Shown in pieces: positions 17,594 to 27,340 of a DNA stretch of 63,663 nucleotides. The position numbers and the translations under genes were made by a program. The notes under the pieces are model-generated. The model did not search any database. It was not told the DNA's origin and saw only the letters and a program-made list of their open reading frames with translations. Source of the DNA: Pseudomonadota bacterium (GTDB taxonomy: Bacteria; Desulfobacterota; Desulfobacteria; Desulfobacterales; JBDRRP01); NCBI GenBank assembly GCA_043825735.1, contig JBDRRP010000057.1, positions 124,001 through 187,663 on the forward strand, read 5' to 3'. The number at the start of each line of letters is the position of its first letter. The first letter of the stretch is position 1.

Positions 17594-19396
17594 ATGATAC
17601 CGGCACCGATTCGCAAAAAGGTCGCCCTGCTGGCCGTGGCCAGTATCACCGCCGTACTGATGACCGCCGTCGCCGTATTGCCGTGGTTTGCCGGGCTGAG
17701 GCAGTCCACCTTCCCGGGCCTCGCTCTGAAACTCGGGCTCGATCTCCAGGGCGGACTGCACCTGGTCCTCAAGGTCGACCTGAACCGCGCCGTTCAAAAC
17801 CAGCTGGAAAGAAGTGTCGATGATCTCGGTGACGCGCTGAAAAGCGCGCAGCTTTACTGGCAGCGAACGGCGCCCGTCGGAGAAAACGCGCGGCGTCTGT
17901 ATTATGCCACGCGGGCTACCGCGGACGCCGCCCTTGAAAAGATACACGCCGGCTATCCTTACCTCAGCGCCGCCATCGCGGCCGCCGAAGATGCCGGTGC
18001 GGCCATCGACGTGAGCCTATCCCCAAAAGAAGCCGCCGCCATTGAAGACCGGGCCGTGGTCCAGACGCTGGAAGTCATGCGCAACCGCATCGATCAGTTC
18101 GGTGTGGCCGAACCCCTCATCGTGCGCCAGGGACGCGATGAAATCGTGATCCAGTTGCCGGGGCTCGCGGATACCTCGCGGGCCATGGCCCTGATCGGCA
18201 AGACCGCCCAACTGGAATTCAAGCTCGTGGCCGCCGAACAGCCCGGCGCCCTGGCCCAGTGGGTCAGCCGGATCGCCGCCGGTGGTAAAGGCGGCACCAT
18301 CGGGCACCGGGAGCTCAACGCCGCGCTCAAGGACCGGATTCCGGTCGGCACCGAAGTGTATTTGAACCGCGACGACGGCCGGACCACCGGCGACGCGGCG
18401 CCTCGCCCGATCCTGGTCAACAGCCACGTCCTGATGACCGGGGCCTATATCCGCACCGCCCAGGTGGGTTTTGACGACCGGTTCAACACACCATCGGTCC
18501 ATCTGGACTTCAACAGCGCCGGCGCCCGGCTCTTCGAGCGCATCACCACCGAACACACGGGAAGCCGGCTGGCCATCATTCTCGACGATGTCGTCCACTC
18601 GGCGCCGCTCATCCAGGAGTCGATCGCCGGCGGCAAGGCCCGCATCACCGGCGCGTTCACGGCAGAGGAAGCCAGCGACCTGGCGATTGTCCTGCGGGCC
18701 GGCGCTCTGCCCGCACCCGTGCGGATCGTCCAGAATCTCACCGTGGGGCCGTCCCTCGGGCAGGACTCCATCAACCAGGGCATCAACGCCTCGGTGCTGG
18801 GCACCGCGCTGGTCATCGGGTTTATGCTGATGGTGTATCGCCGGTCGGGGATGATCGCCAACATTGCCCTAGTGCTCAATGTGGTCTTCATGCTCGCGGC
18901 TATGGCCCTGATGAAGGCGACGCTTTCCCTGCCGGGGATCGCCGGCATCGTGCTGTCCATCGGCATGAGAAAAGCCGCCTTTTTGTGTTCCGGTGTGCTT
19001 GTCGCCGGCGGTATCCTCGCCCTGGTCCAGATCCAGCGGGGACGGGCCAATCTGGGCGGCTACTCGCTGACCGACACCGTGGTGGTGTTCGACCGCATCC
19101 GTGAAAACATGCGTCATAAGGATGCGCGGGAAATGGGGCCTCTTATCGACCGCAGCATCAACGAAGTGATGGGACGAACCATCATGACCTCGGCAACCGT
19201 CTTCCTGGTCCTGGCGGCCCTGCTGGCCGCCGGCGGTCCCTTGCTGAGGGATTTTGCCTTTGCCCTAATGGTGGGTGTCGTCGTCGGCACCTACTCCTCC
19301 ATTTTCGTTGCCGCCCCGATCGTTTACGTCTGGCCGCGCAGCGCGCGCCGGCAGGCGGCCCGGCGGCATCGGCGTAAACCGGCGGGTGCCCAGTGA
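17594..19396 (+). pseudogene. secDF: Fused SecD-SecF with two in-frame internal deletions (open frame, function doubtful)
   Basis: LGLDLQGG, RNRIDQFGVAEP, LRAGALP and GPSLG (SecD). SIGM joins directly to SecF TM1 (RKAAFLCS..RANLG), which joins directly to GYSLTDTVVVFDRIRE. Confidence 0.75.
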
Positions 19397-20373
19397 CGAT
19401 CCACCCGCCAGCGCACGGAGCGATCACTGCGCGCACCGCCCGGATCATCGACCTGATGGAGGCGCAGCGGATGCGCCTGGTCCGGATCGGGGTGGGTCTC
19501 GTGGTCTGCGCTGCGGCCGCTTATCCGGTGGCCGACGATGTGCTGTACTGGTTTCAGGCGCGCGCAGCCACGCCGCTGGCCGCTTTCGGTCTTCCCGACA
19601 TCTTCTTTGCCCTAGTCACCGTGGCGCTGGCCATGGGGGCGATCGCCGTGCTGCCCTACGCCGCCTGGCAGGTGCTGGCCGGTGCGGCCGACGTGTATCC
19701 GGCCCTGCGCCTTTCGTCACGCGGTCTGTTCTGGGGGGTGTCGGTGCTGATGTTTTTTGCCGGCGTGGGATTCTGCCTCGGGATTACGCTCCCCTACGGC
19801 ACCCGGTTTCTCATGAGCTTTGAGTCCGAAAGATACCAGGCACTGATCTCCGTCCGGCAGTTCGTCTCTTTTTGCATCATCCTTCTCATCGGCTTCGGGG
19901 TGCTGTTCGAGCTTCCCGTGCTCATGACCCTGCTGTCCTTTATAGGTGTGCTCAGCGCGGCAGCCCTCGTCCCTTACCGGCGTTACGCCGTTGTCGTCAT
20001 CGCCATTGTCGCCGCCGTTGTGACGCCGACGCCGGACATCGTCAACATGATGCTGCTGGCCGTTCCCCTGTACGTGCTCTTCGAGATGGGCATCCTCGGC
20101 ATGCGGATGAGCGAGCGCCGACAAGGGCGGGCGCACCGCCCGGCCGCGCCGCCGCCGCTGGCCGTTTCGCGCTCCGGGCCGCCGGGGGGGGGGGGGCTTT
20201 TGTGGATGGGCGCTAAATACTGCCCGGCGCTTTCCAGCAGCGCACCAGACTGTGCGCCAGGAGCAGGGCTCGCCGGGGGAGGCTGTCACGGAGCATGTAT
20301 TCCCGGTCGCTGTGGTCGTTTTCGCCCAGCGGCCCCAGGCCATCCAGCACCGGGACACCCTCTGCGGCAATGA
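19393..20373 (+). CDS. tatC: Twin-arginine translocase subunit TatC; 3' end uncertain because of a G13 run
   Basis: FGVLFELP, RRYAVV, AAVVTPTPD and LYVLFE motifs; GTGA overlap with the secDF stop. Confidence 0.85.
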   Translation: MTIHPPAHGAITARTARIIDLMEAQRMRLVRIGVGLVVCAAAAYPVADDVLYWFQARAATPLAAFGLPDIFFALVTVALAMGAIAVLPYAAWQVLAGAADVYPALRLSSRGLFWGVSVLMFFAGVGFCLGITLPYGTRFLMSFESERYQALISVRQFVSFCIILLIGFGVLFELPVLMTLLSFIGVLSAAALVPYRRYAVVVIAIVAAVVTPTPDIVNMMLLAVPLYVLFEMGILGMRMSERRQGRAHRPAAPPPLAVSRSGPPGGGGLLWMGAKYCPALSSSAPDCAPGAGLAGGGCHGACIPGRCGRFRPAAPGHPAPGHPLRQ

Positions 20374-21382
20374 TGTTGGCGTCCGACACGCCGAACCGGA
20401 ACTCTTCGGTAACCGGCATGCCCAGTTCATCGGCCACCGCCGCCACGAGTTGAAACAATCGCCGGTTGCCGTCGGTGGGCGGCATGGGCGGGCGGCGGCT
20501 GACCGTTTCCAACCGGCAGTGTACGCCGGTAACTGCCGTGGCGGCGACGGTCTTTTCAATGACGGCAAGAAGGCGCGCTTCATCGTCGGGGTCGGTGAAC
20601 CGGGTGTCGATGCGGGCCGCCGCCTTTTCAGCGACAGTGTTAGGACCGATGCCGCCGGTTATTTGGCCCACGTTGACGCTGATCCCCCGCGCCGGATCGT
20701 TGAGCGCCTCCAGGGTCAGGGTATGATGAGCGAGCGCCAGGATAGCACTGGCCTTGTCGGGGCCGGCCGCGGCCGCGTGTCCGGCCCTTCCGAAGCATTC
20801 CAGACGAAACGAGCGGTTTCCCTTGCGACCGGTGACGATGCTGCCGGTCATGCCGCCGCATTCCATGACGAAGGCGAACCGGCTTTTGGCGGCCTCGGCG
20901 CGGATCAGGGGGCGAGAACTGTGGGAGCCGATTTCCTCGTCTGAGTTGAAGATGAATGTAATGGGGATGTCTGCCAGTAGTCCGGCATCGTTGAGGGCTT
21001 CCAGGGCAAAGATTCCCGCCACCAGCCCCCCCTTCATGTCGATGATTCCCGGACCGTAGCAGCAGCGCCCGTCTTCGCGGTAGTCGGTGAACTCGGTGCC
21101 CACGGGAAAGACCGTATCCATGTGCCCCACCATGAGCACCTGGCGCGGGTGGTTGCCCACCGCGGCCGTTCGCACCACCAGGTGGTCACCCATATCACAT
21201 TGGGCCGCGGCGGTGATTGTCACCGGCAGCCGGGAGAGATGGGCCCGAATACGCGCGCCCACCCGGTCCACCCCGGCCTTGTGATGGCTGCCGCTGTGAA
21301 TACCCACCAGTTCTGCCAGCAGGGAAAACATGGACGGTTCCCGGTCGGCAACAGCGGTAGCAAGGGCGTCGTCCATGTTCAT
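20213..21382 (-). CDS. M20 family metallopeptidase (glutamate carboxypeptidase-like)
   Basis: GHMDTV, GPGIIDMKGG, SDEEIGS, GRAGHA and DGLGP..H motifs. Confidence 0.92.
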   Translation of the reverse strand: MNMDDALATAVADREPSMFSLLAELVGIHSGSHHKAGVDRVGARIRAHLSRLPVTITAAAQCDMGDHLVVRTAAVGNHPRQVLMVGHMDTVFPVGTEFTDYREDGRCCYGPGIIDMKGGLVAGIFALEALNDAGLLADIPITFIFNSDEEIGSHSSRPLIRAEAAKSRFAFVMECGGMTGSIVTGRKGNRSFRLECFGRAGHAAAAGPDKASAILALAHHTLTLEALNDPARGISVNVGQITGGIGPNTVAEKAAARIDTRFTDPDDEARLLAVIEKTVAATAVTGVHCRLETVSRRPPMPPTDGNRRLFQLVAAVADELGMPVTEEFRFGVSDANIIAAEGVPVLDGLGPLGENDHSDREYMLRDSLPRRALLLAHSLVRCWKAPGSI

Positions 21383-21407
21383 GACCCTTTACGGTTTAAG
21401 TACAATT

Positions 21408-21538
21408 GATGAATCCGTAAAAAAGCAATTTTCTCGCAAAGACGCCAAGCACGCAAAGAAATTTATTTTTAATATCAATGTGTTAACTTTGCGATCTCTG
21501 CGGCTTTGCGAGAGATTCGGACTTTTTACGGGCGCATC
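21408..21538. mobile_element. MITE-like element with terminal inverted repeats GATG-N3-CCGTAAAAA
   Basis: GATGAATCCGTAAAAAAG ... CTTTTTACGGGCGCATC enclosing a CGCAAAG periodic hairpin. Confidence 0.7.
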
Positions 21539-21964
21539 ACAATTTAAGTGCAAAAAATGGGAATCCGCTTCTCTATTAAGCGCCAGTTCAGCGTCAAAGA
21601 ACGGTGTTCCCGCTGCCATCGGGATCACCACGAGTCACGGAGGGCACGGGGAAAATCAAAAGCAGTTGATTTTTGTATAGCAATACCTCCGTGTCCTGGT
21701 TCAGCATCAGTGCGGCAAGAGACCCGCTGGCGCTTTCTGCATTAGCGCATCCGCTAGCCCGGAAAGCTCAAGTTGACGTTATCTGAATCATTTTGCAACC
21801 CATTTTCAATGGTCGCGGCGCGTCCCTGGCGCCGCGTTGACATCACCCGGCTTTTTGATTAGCATCCCCGTGCGGCTTCCAGCGGTCCAGCCCGGCAGTT
21901 ATGACGTTTGTCCAATGCCTGACCACACCACGAGGCCCCTTTACTTTTACGGCGGATGACTATC

Positions 21965-23647
21965 ATGATTCTTGGCCTGGATGTCGGCGGCACCAACACC
22001 GATGTCGTTCTGTTGGGCGATGCGGGGCTCGTGGCCGCTGTGAAAGTTCCCACCCGCCACGACGATCTTTTCGAAACGGTTCTGGGCGGCATCGACGCCG
22101 TCATGGCCGACAGAGCGCCCGATACCATCGCGCGCATGGTGCTGAGCACCACACTGACGACCAACGCCGTGGTCCAGGGAAAGATCCCACCCGTGGGGGT
22201 TATCGTCACCGGGGGGCCGGGTGTCGATCCGGCCAATTACCGGCTCTGCGACCACTACTACCATGCCCGCGGCGCCATCGATCACCGCGGACGGGAGCGC
22301 GAGCCCGTCGACGCCGACGAAATCGGCCGGATCGCCCGGGAGATGACCGCCCAGGGGGTGCGTCACGCGGCCGTGGTCGGCAAATTCTCCACCCGAAACC
22401 CATCCCACGAACTGGCCATCGAGAAACTGCTGGCTGAGACCTGTGACGTCGTTTTTCTGGGCCACCGACTCTCGGGCATGCTGAGTTTTCCGCGCCGCAT
22501 TGCCACCACTTTCCTCAACGCCGCCGTTTATCCGACACACATGGCGTTTTACAGCGCTGTGAAGCGCTCCCTGGCCAAACGCGGACTGACCATGCCCATC
22601 CGTATTTTAAAGGCCGATGGCGGCAACATGAACTTTGAAGCGTCTGTGAGTGCGCCGGCGCAGACCATCAACTCGGGCCCGGCGGCCAGTGTCATGGGCT
22701 CGCTGGTCTTTTCCTCGGAGACCGAGGAGGCGCTGGTCATGGATATCGGCGGGACCACCACGGACATGGCCATCCTGGTGAATGACGCGCCGCTGCTGGA
22801 CCCTGTGGGTATTTCCCTGGGCGGCTACCGGACGCTGATCCGTTCCCTCAATACCTATTCGGTGGGCCTTGGCGGGGACAGTGCGGTGCGGATGGACGGT
22901 GAGCAGCTGCTCATCGGCCCCGAGCGCCAAGGGATCGCCATGGGCTTCGGAGGGCCGGTACCCACCCCCACCGATGCCATGATGATCCTTGGCCTGATGG
23001 ATCATTCCGGAGACCGTGACGCGGCCCGAACCGGTTTTCAACCCCTGGCAGATGCCTTGCACATGAGCGTCGATGACGCCGCCCGTCATGTTTTCGACGA
23101 AACCTGCCGGCGCATCCTGACGCATGCCGGCCTTATGATCGACAGCGTCAACAGCCGCCCGGTTTACACCGTCCACGAGATGCTGGATGGCTACCGGGTT
23201 GACCCGAAACTGATCACGGTGCTCGGCGGGCCGGCACTGCCCTTTGCCCGGCGCATCGAGGAGATCTCCGATTTCAGGGTGGGGGTGGTCCCCAAAAGTG
23301 GGGTGGCCAATGCCATCGGCGCGGCGCTGGCGCGCACTACCTCCGATGTAACCCTGTTTGTGGATACCCAGCAGGGGTTCGCCGTGGCACCGGAAGAAGG
23401 GGTCCGCCAGCAGGTGGGCGGCGATTTTACCCTCGCCGAGGCCAGAGCGTTATCCCTGTCGCTGCTAAAGGACAAAGCCATCAGAAACGGCGCCAATCCC
23501 GACCACCTGGAAATGGAAGTGGTCGAAGAGCAGGCCTTCAACATGGTCCGCGGCTTTCGCACCACGGGTAAGAACATACGGATTCGCGCCCAGATCAAAC
23601 CCGGTTTGATTTATGGGTATGAGAACATCAGCAGCACATTCATCTAA
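21965..23647 (+). CDS. Hydantoinase/oxoprolinase family protein
   Basis: GLDVGGTNTD, SGPAAS, DIGGTTTD, GLGGDS, PTPTDA and ANAIGAA motifs. Confidence 0.9.
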   Translation: MILGLDVGGTNTDVVLLGDAGLVAAVKVPTRHDDLFETVLGGIDAVMADRAPDTIARMVLSTTLTTNAVVQGKIPPVGVIVTGGPGVDPANYRLCDHYYHARGAIDHRGREREPVDADEIGRIAREMTAQGVRHAAVVGKFSTRNPSHELAIEKLLAETCDVVFLGHRLSGMLSFPRRIATTFLNAAVYPTHMAFYSAVKRSLAKRGLTMPIRILKADGGNMNFEASVSAPAQTINSGPAASVMGSLVFSSETEEALVMDIGGTTTDMAILVNDAPLLDPVGISLGGYRTLIRSLNTYSVGLGGDSAVRMDGEQLLIGPERQGIAMGFGGPVPTPTDAMMILGLMDHSGDRDAARTGFQPLADALHMSVDDAARHVFDETCRRILTHAGLMIDSVNSRPVYTVHEMLDGYRVDPKLITVLGGPALPFARRIEEISDFRVGVVPKSGVANAIGAALARTTSDVTLFVDTQQGFAVAPEEGVRQQVGGDFTLAEARALSLSLLKDKAIRNGANPDHLEMEVVEEQAFNMVRGFRTTGKNIRIRAQIKPGLIYGYENISSTFI

Positions 23648-23662
23648 TATGCACCCACAAAC

Positions 23663-23880
23663 GGCATCTTTTGGCCCAGCGCGGCGTTTTTAAGCCCCTG
23701 AACACCGTGGGGCTTACCAGTAAGGAAAGGAGCTATTTCAGATGCGCTCGCGTTCGCTCGCTGAAGCTGGCCCGCACTTTTCGAAATCCTCGGGCTGTTC
23801 GTCTGGAACCCGGTGCGAAGCACTGGGTTTCCAAGACAAATAGCTCCGCTATTCCTCCGGTTTCGAAAAAGAGGATGCCT
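23663..23880. repeat. Nested palindromic intergenic element
   Basis: Hairpins AAGCCCC..GGGGCTT and GAACCCGGTGC-GAA-GCACTGGGTTT, the latter nested within TTTTCGAAA..TTTCGAAAA. Confidence 0.55.
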
Positions 23881-23969
23881 GCGACGCCAACGGCCGCTGA
23901 AAATATTATTTATCGTCGATAATACCGAAACGTTTTAACGGGTTCCAAAGCCCGATGGGATGAAAAATC

Positions 23970-25313
23970 ATGATGTTTGAGGCGAAAAACAAAACAGGCC
24001 TGGTGTTCTTTCCGGCCTTCGACTGGGCCATCAGCCCCACCCATCCGGAGCGTGAGGAGCGGCTGCTCTATACGCAGGACCAGGTGATGGAGGAGGGTAT
24101 CTTCGACATCCCGGGAATCGTGGAGCTAAAGCCCGACCTGGTCACGATCAAGGACATCCAGCGGGTGCATTTTTGCGTACCCGACCCTTGGCAGGTGACC
24201 ACGGAGAGCCACTTCATCAGTGCCGGCGGCGCGAAAACCGTCGGCATGGCCGTCATGGACGGCCAGGTGCAGCGCGGTTTTGCCCTGGTGCGCCCTCCCG
24301 GGCACCATGCCATGCGCGTGGTCCACGGTAACCGGGGCTTTTGCAACATCAACATCGAAGCCATCATGATCGAATACCTGCGCGCGGCGTACGGCATCCG
24401 GCGGGTGGCCATCGTGGACACCGACTGCCATCACGGCGACGGCACCCAGGACATCTATTGGCACGACCCCGACACGCTGTTTATCTCCATCCACCAGGAC
24501 GGTCGCACGCTGTATCCGGGAACCGGGTTCACCCATGAAGCCGGCGGCCCGACGGCTTACGGCACCACGGTGAACATCCCGCTGCCGCCGAATACTTCCG
24601 ACGAGGGGGTTCTCTATGCCGTGGAGCATATCGTCAGACCCATTCTTGATGACTTCAAGCCGGATATCGTGGTCAATTCCGCGGGCCAGGACAACCATTA
24701 CTCCGACCCCATCACCAACATGAATTTTTCTGCCCAGGGCTATGCCCGGCTGACCGAACTGCTTGCCGCCGACATTGCCGTGCTGGAGGGCGGCTACGCC
24801 ATCGAAGGGGCGCTGCCCTATGTCAATCTCGCCATTATTCTCGCCATGGCCGGTCTCGACTACGGGGCGGTGCGTGAGCCGGATTTCGACCCCGAGCGTA
24901 TCCGCCAGAAGCCGGCGGTCACCGCTTATATCAAGGACCTGGGGGGGCGTATCCTGGAGAACTGGCAGCGCCGGGATCTGCTGCGTCAGATGGCCTGCCA
25001 GGACAAGACGGTGGCCGAGCGGGAGCGGGATATCTACTATGACACCGACCAGATCATGGAGCACCAGAAGGAGCGCCTGGTGGTCTGTCCCGACTGCGCC
25101 GGCGCCCTTCGGATCGACTCGGCGGCAGGCAACGGGGCACGCGTGCTGTGTGTGCACATTCCCAGCCACGCCTGCCCATCGTGCCGGGAAAAGGGCGATG
25201 CCTGGTTTGAGGGTGCCGATAAAAACAAGTATGATCGTGTCTTTCTCCAGGACCGGCCTAATGACCTGTTTCGGGAAAAGAAACAGAAACTGGAAACCGG
25301 CGACCGGTTTTAG
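23970..25313 (+). CDS. Histone deacetylase family amidohydrolase with C-terminal Cys motifs
   Basis: HPE, RPPGHHA, GFC, DCHHGDGTQ, SAGQD and LEGGY motifs; CPDC and CPSC near the C-terminus. Confidence 0.92.
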   Translation: MMFEAKNKTGLVFFPAFDWAISPTHPEREERLLYTQDQVMEEGIFDIPGIVELKPDLVTIKDIQRVHFCVPDPWQVTTESHFISAGGAKTVGMAVMDGQVQRGFALVRPPGHHAMRVVHGNRGFCNINIEAIMIEYLRAAYGIRRVAIVDTDCHHGDGTQDIYWHDPDTLFISIHQDGRTLYPGTGFTHEAGGPTAYGTTVNIPLPPNTSDEGVLYAVEHIVRPILDDFKPDIVVNSAGQDNHYSDPITNMNFSAQGYARLTELLAADIAVLEGGYAIEGALPYVNLAIILAMAGLDYGAVREPDFDPERIRQKPAVTAYIKDLGGRILENWQRRDLLRQMACQDKTVAERERDIYYDTDQIMEHQKERLVVCPDCAGALRIDSAAGNGARVLCVHIPSHACPSCREKGDAWFEGADKNKYDRVFLQDRPNDLFREKKQKLETGDRF

Positions 25314-25347
25314 CGCGCCCGGCCTCAGTCCGGCACCTTGATACGAG

Positions 25348-26271
25348 ATGCATTCCAATCGACAGTCCCAAATTGAGCCCCGCCTGCGGTCCCGCCACCG
25401 AATGATGACGGCGATCCGCTCCTTTTTTGACAGCCTGGGCTACCTCGAGGTGGAAACCCCGGTCAGGATTCCCGCGCCGGCGCCGGAGGCCCACATCGAG
25501 CCGGTGCCCTCATCGGGCTGGTACCTTCAGACATCCCCGGAACTGTGTATGAAGCGCCTTTTGGCCGCCGGCCATTCCCGCATCTACCAGATCTGCCGCT
25601 GCTTCCGGCAGGGTGAACGGGGAGGGCGCCACCTGCCCGAGATGACCTTGCTGGAGTGGTACACCGCCCACGCGGACTACCGCGACATGATGGCCCAGAC
25701 CGAGGCGCTGATACTTGCGGTGGCAGACGTCCTGCTGGACGGGGGGCGAACGCTTGTCTACCAGGGCCGATCGGTCGATCTCAACCCGCCGTGGGAGCGT
25801 GTGAGCGTGGCCGAGGCCTTTGCGCGGCATACCGGCGTATCCATGCGCCGCGCAGTGGTGCGCGGCGATTTCGATCTGCACATGGGGCTGGACATCGAAC
25901 CGCGGTTAGGGCTGCCGCGTCCGGTGTTTCTGATGGATTATCCGGCGGCCCACGGCGCCCTGGCGCGGCGAAAGGCGGATCAGCCTGAGCTGGTGGAGCG
26001 CTTTGAACTCTACATCGCCGGGCTGGAACTGTGCAACGCATTCAGCGAACTGATCGATGCCGGTGAGCAGCGCCGTCGTTTTGATGCAGAGCGCGACGCC
26101 CGGCAGGCTGCCGGCAAGACGCTCGCCCCCATGCCCGAGCCATTTTTAAAAGATCTCCCGGATCTGCCGCCCTCAACCGGCAACGCTCTGGGGCTGGACC
26201 GTCTGGCCATGCTCTTCACCGATGCGGCCGACATCGATGCCGTCTCGGCATTCGTCCCCGAAGAGCTATAG
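25348..26271 (+). CDS. epmA: EF-P lysine aminoacylase
   Basis: LEVETP, YLQTSPELCMKRLLAAG, FRQGE..HLPE, ERFELY, ELCNAFSEL and ALGLDRL motifs; no anticodon-binding domain. Confidence 0.92.
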   Translation: MHSNRQSQIEPRLRSRHRMMTAIRSFFDSLGYLEVETPVRIPAPAPEAHIEPVPSSGWYLQTSPELCMKRLLAAGHSRIYQICRCFRQGERGGRHLPEMTLLEWYTAHADYRDMMAQTEALILAVADVLLDGGRTLVYQGRSVDLNPPWERVSVAEAFARHTGVSMRRAVVRGDFDLHMGLDIEPRLGLPRPVFLMDYPAAHGALARRKADQPELVERFELYIAGLELCNAFSELIDAGEQRRRFDAERDARQAAGKTLAPMPEPFLKDLPDLPPSTGNALGLDRLAMLFTDAADIDAVSAFVPEEL

Positions 26272-26297
26272 CGCTGCTCCCTGTGGCGGTATGGATT

Positions 26298-26380
26298 ACC
26301 ACGAAGAACACGAAGTGCACGAAGAAAAAACAACTACAATATTTTTTGCTTTTCTTCGTGGACTTCGTGTTCTTCGTGGT
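26298..26380. repeat. Palindrome with 9-nt periodic CACGAAG arms
   Basis: ACCACGAAGAACACGAAGTGCACGAAG ... CTTCGTGGACTTCGTGTTCTTCGTGGT between convergent genes. Confidence 0.85.
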
Positions 26381-26388
26381 TCCTTCCC

Positions 26389-27213
26389 CTAACCGAACCG
26401 GCCGGTGATGTAGTCTTCGGTGAGCTGGTGGCGGGGGCGGGTGAAGATTTGTTTGGTGGCGCCCACTTCGATGAGATCGCCCAGGTGAAAGTACGCGGTG
26501 CGCTGGGAAACGCGGGAGGCCTGCTGCATGGAGTGGGTGACGATAACGATGGTGAACTGCTCGCGCAGCTCGTCGATCAAATCTTCGATCCGGGCGGTGG
26601 CGATAGGGTCCAGCGCCGAGCACGGCTCGTCCATGAGGATGACTTCCGGGCTGACGGCGATGGTGCGGGCAATGCACAGTCGCTGCTGCTGACCGCCCGA
26701 AAGACTGGTGCCCGGCTGCCCCAGCTGATCTTTGACCTCGCCCCAAAGCCCCGCCTTTTTAAGCGATATTTCCACGATGTCGTCCAGCTCGGACTTGGTA
26801 CCGGCCAGACCGTGAATTTTCGGGCCGTAAGCGACGTTGTCGTAGATGGACTTGGGAAAGGGGTTGGGTTTTTGAAACACCATGCCGACCTGAGCCCGCA
26901 GCAGCACAACGTCCAGGTCATTGTCATAGATATTAACGCCGTCCAGCAGGATGTCACCGGCGACCCGGCACCCGTCGATGGTGTCGTTCATCCGGTTCAG
27001 GCAGCGGATAAAGGTCGATTTGCCGCACCCGGACGGGCCGATCATGGCGATGACTTCATTGGAGCCGATGTCGAGGGTGATATTGCGCAGGGCCTGCTTT
27101 TCGCCGTAGTAGACATTGACGTTCCGGCAGGACAGGCGCGGGTTGTCCAGCAGGGTTTCTCCCACGGTTTTGCGGTCTTCACGGTCGACGAGTTTTTCGC
27201 TTCCTTCTAACAT
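26389..27213 (-). CDS. pstB: Phosphate ABC transporter ATP-binding protein
   Basis: [32 protein letters not shown] and YITGRFG motifs. Confidence 0.96.
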   Translation of the reverse strand: MLEGSEKLVDREDRKTVGETLLDNPRLSCRNVNVYYGEKQALRNITLDIGSNEVIAMIGPSGCGKSTFIRCLNRMNDTIDGCRVAGDILLDGVNIYDNDLDVVLLRAQVGMVFQKPNPFPKSIYDNVAYGPKIHGLAGTKSELDDIVEISLKKAGLWGEVKDQLGQPGTSLSGGQQQRLCIARTIAVSPEVILMDEPCSALDPIATARIEDLIDELREQFTIVIVTHSMQQASRVSQRTAYFHLGDLIEVGATKQIFTRPRHQLTEDYITGRFG

Positions 27214-27340
27214 CGTGCTCCCAGATCCTTCTCGTTGTGCTGGCGAAACAGAATACCACGCCGGAAACATGCGGCGCAATAGTCAGGCGGAACCGCGGGC
27301 CGGAGACCATCGACCCGCGGTATTGGGTGTCCGCTGCGAC

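Noticed and set aside
26298..26380. CRISPR or riboswitch interpretation of the CACGAAG repeats
   Set aside because: Inverted periodic arms, dispersed in several copies, with no spacers.
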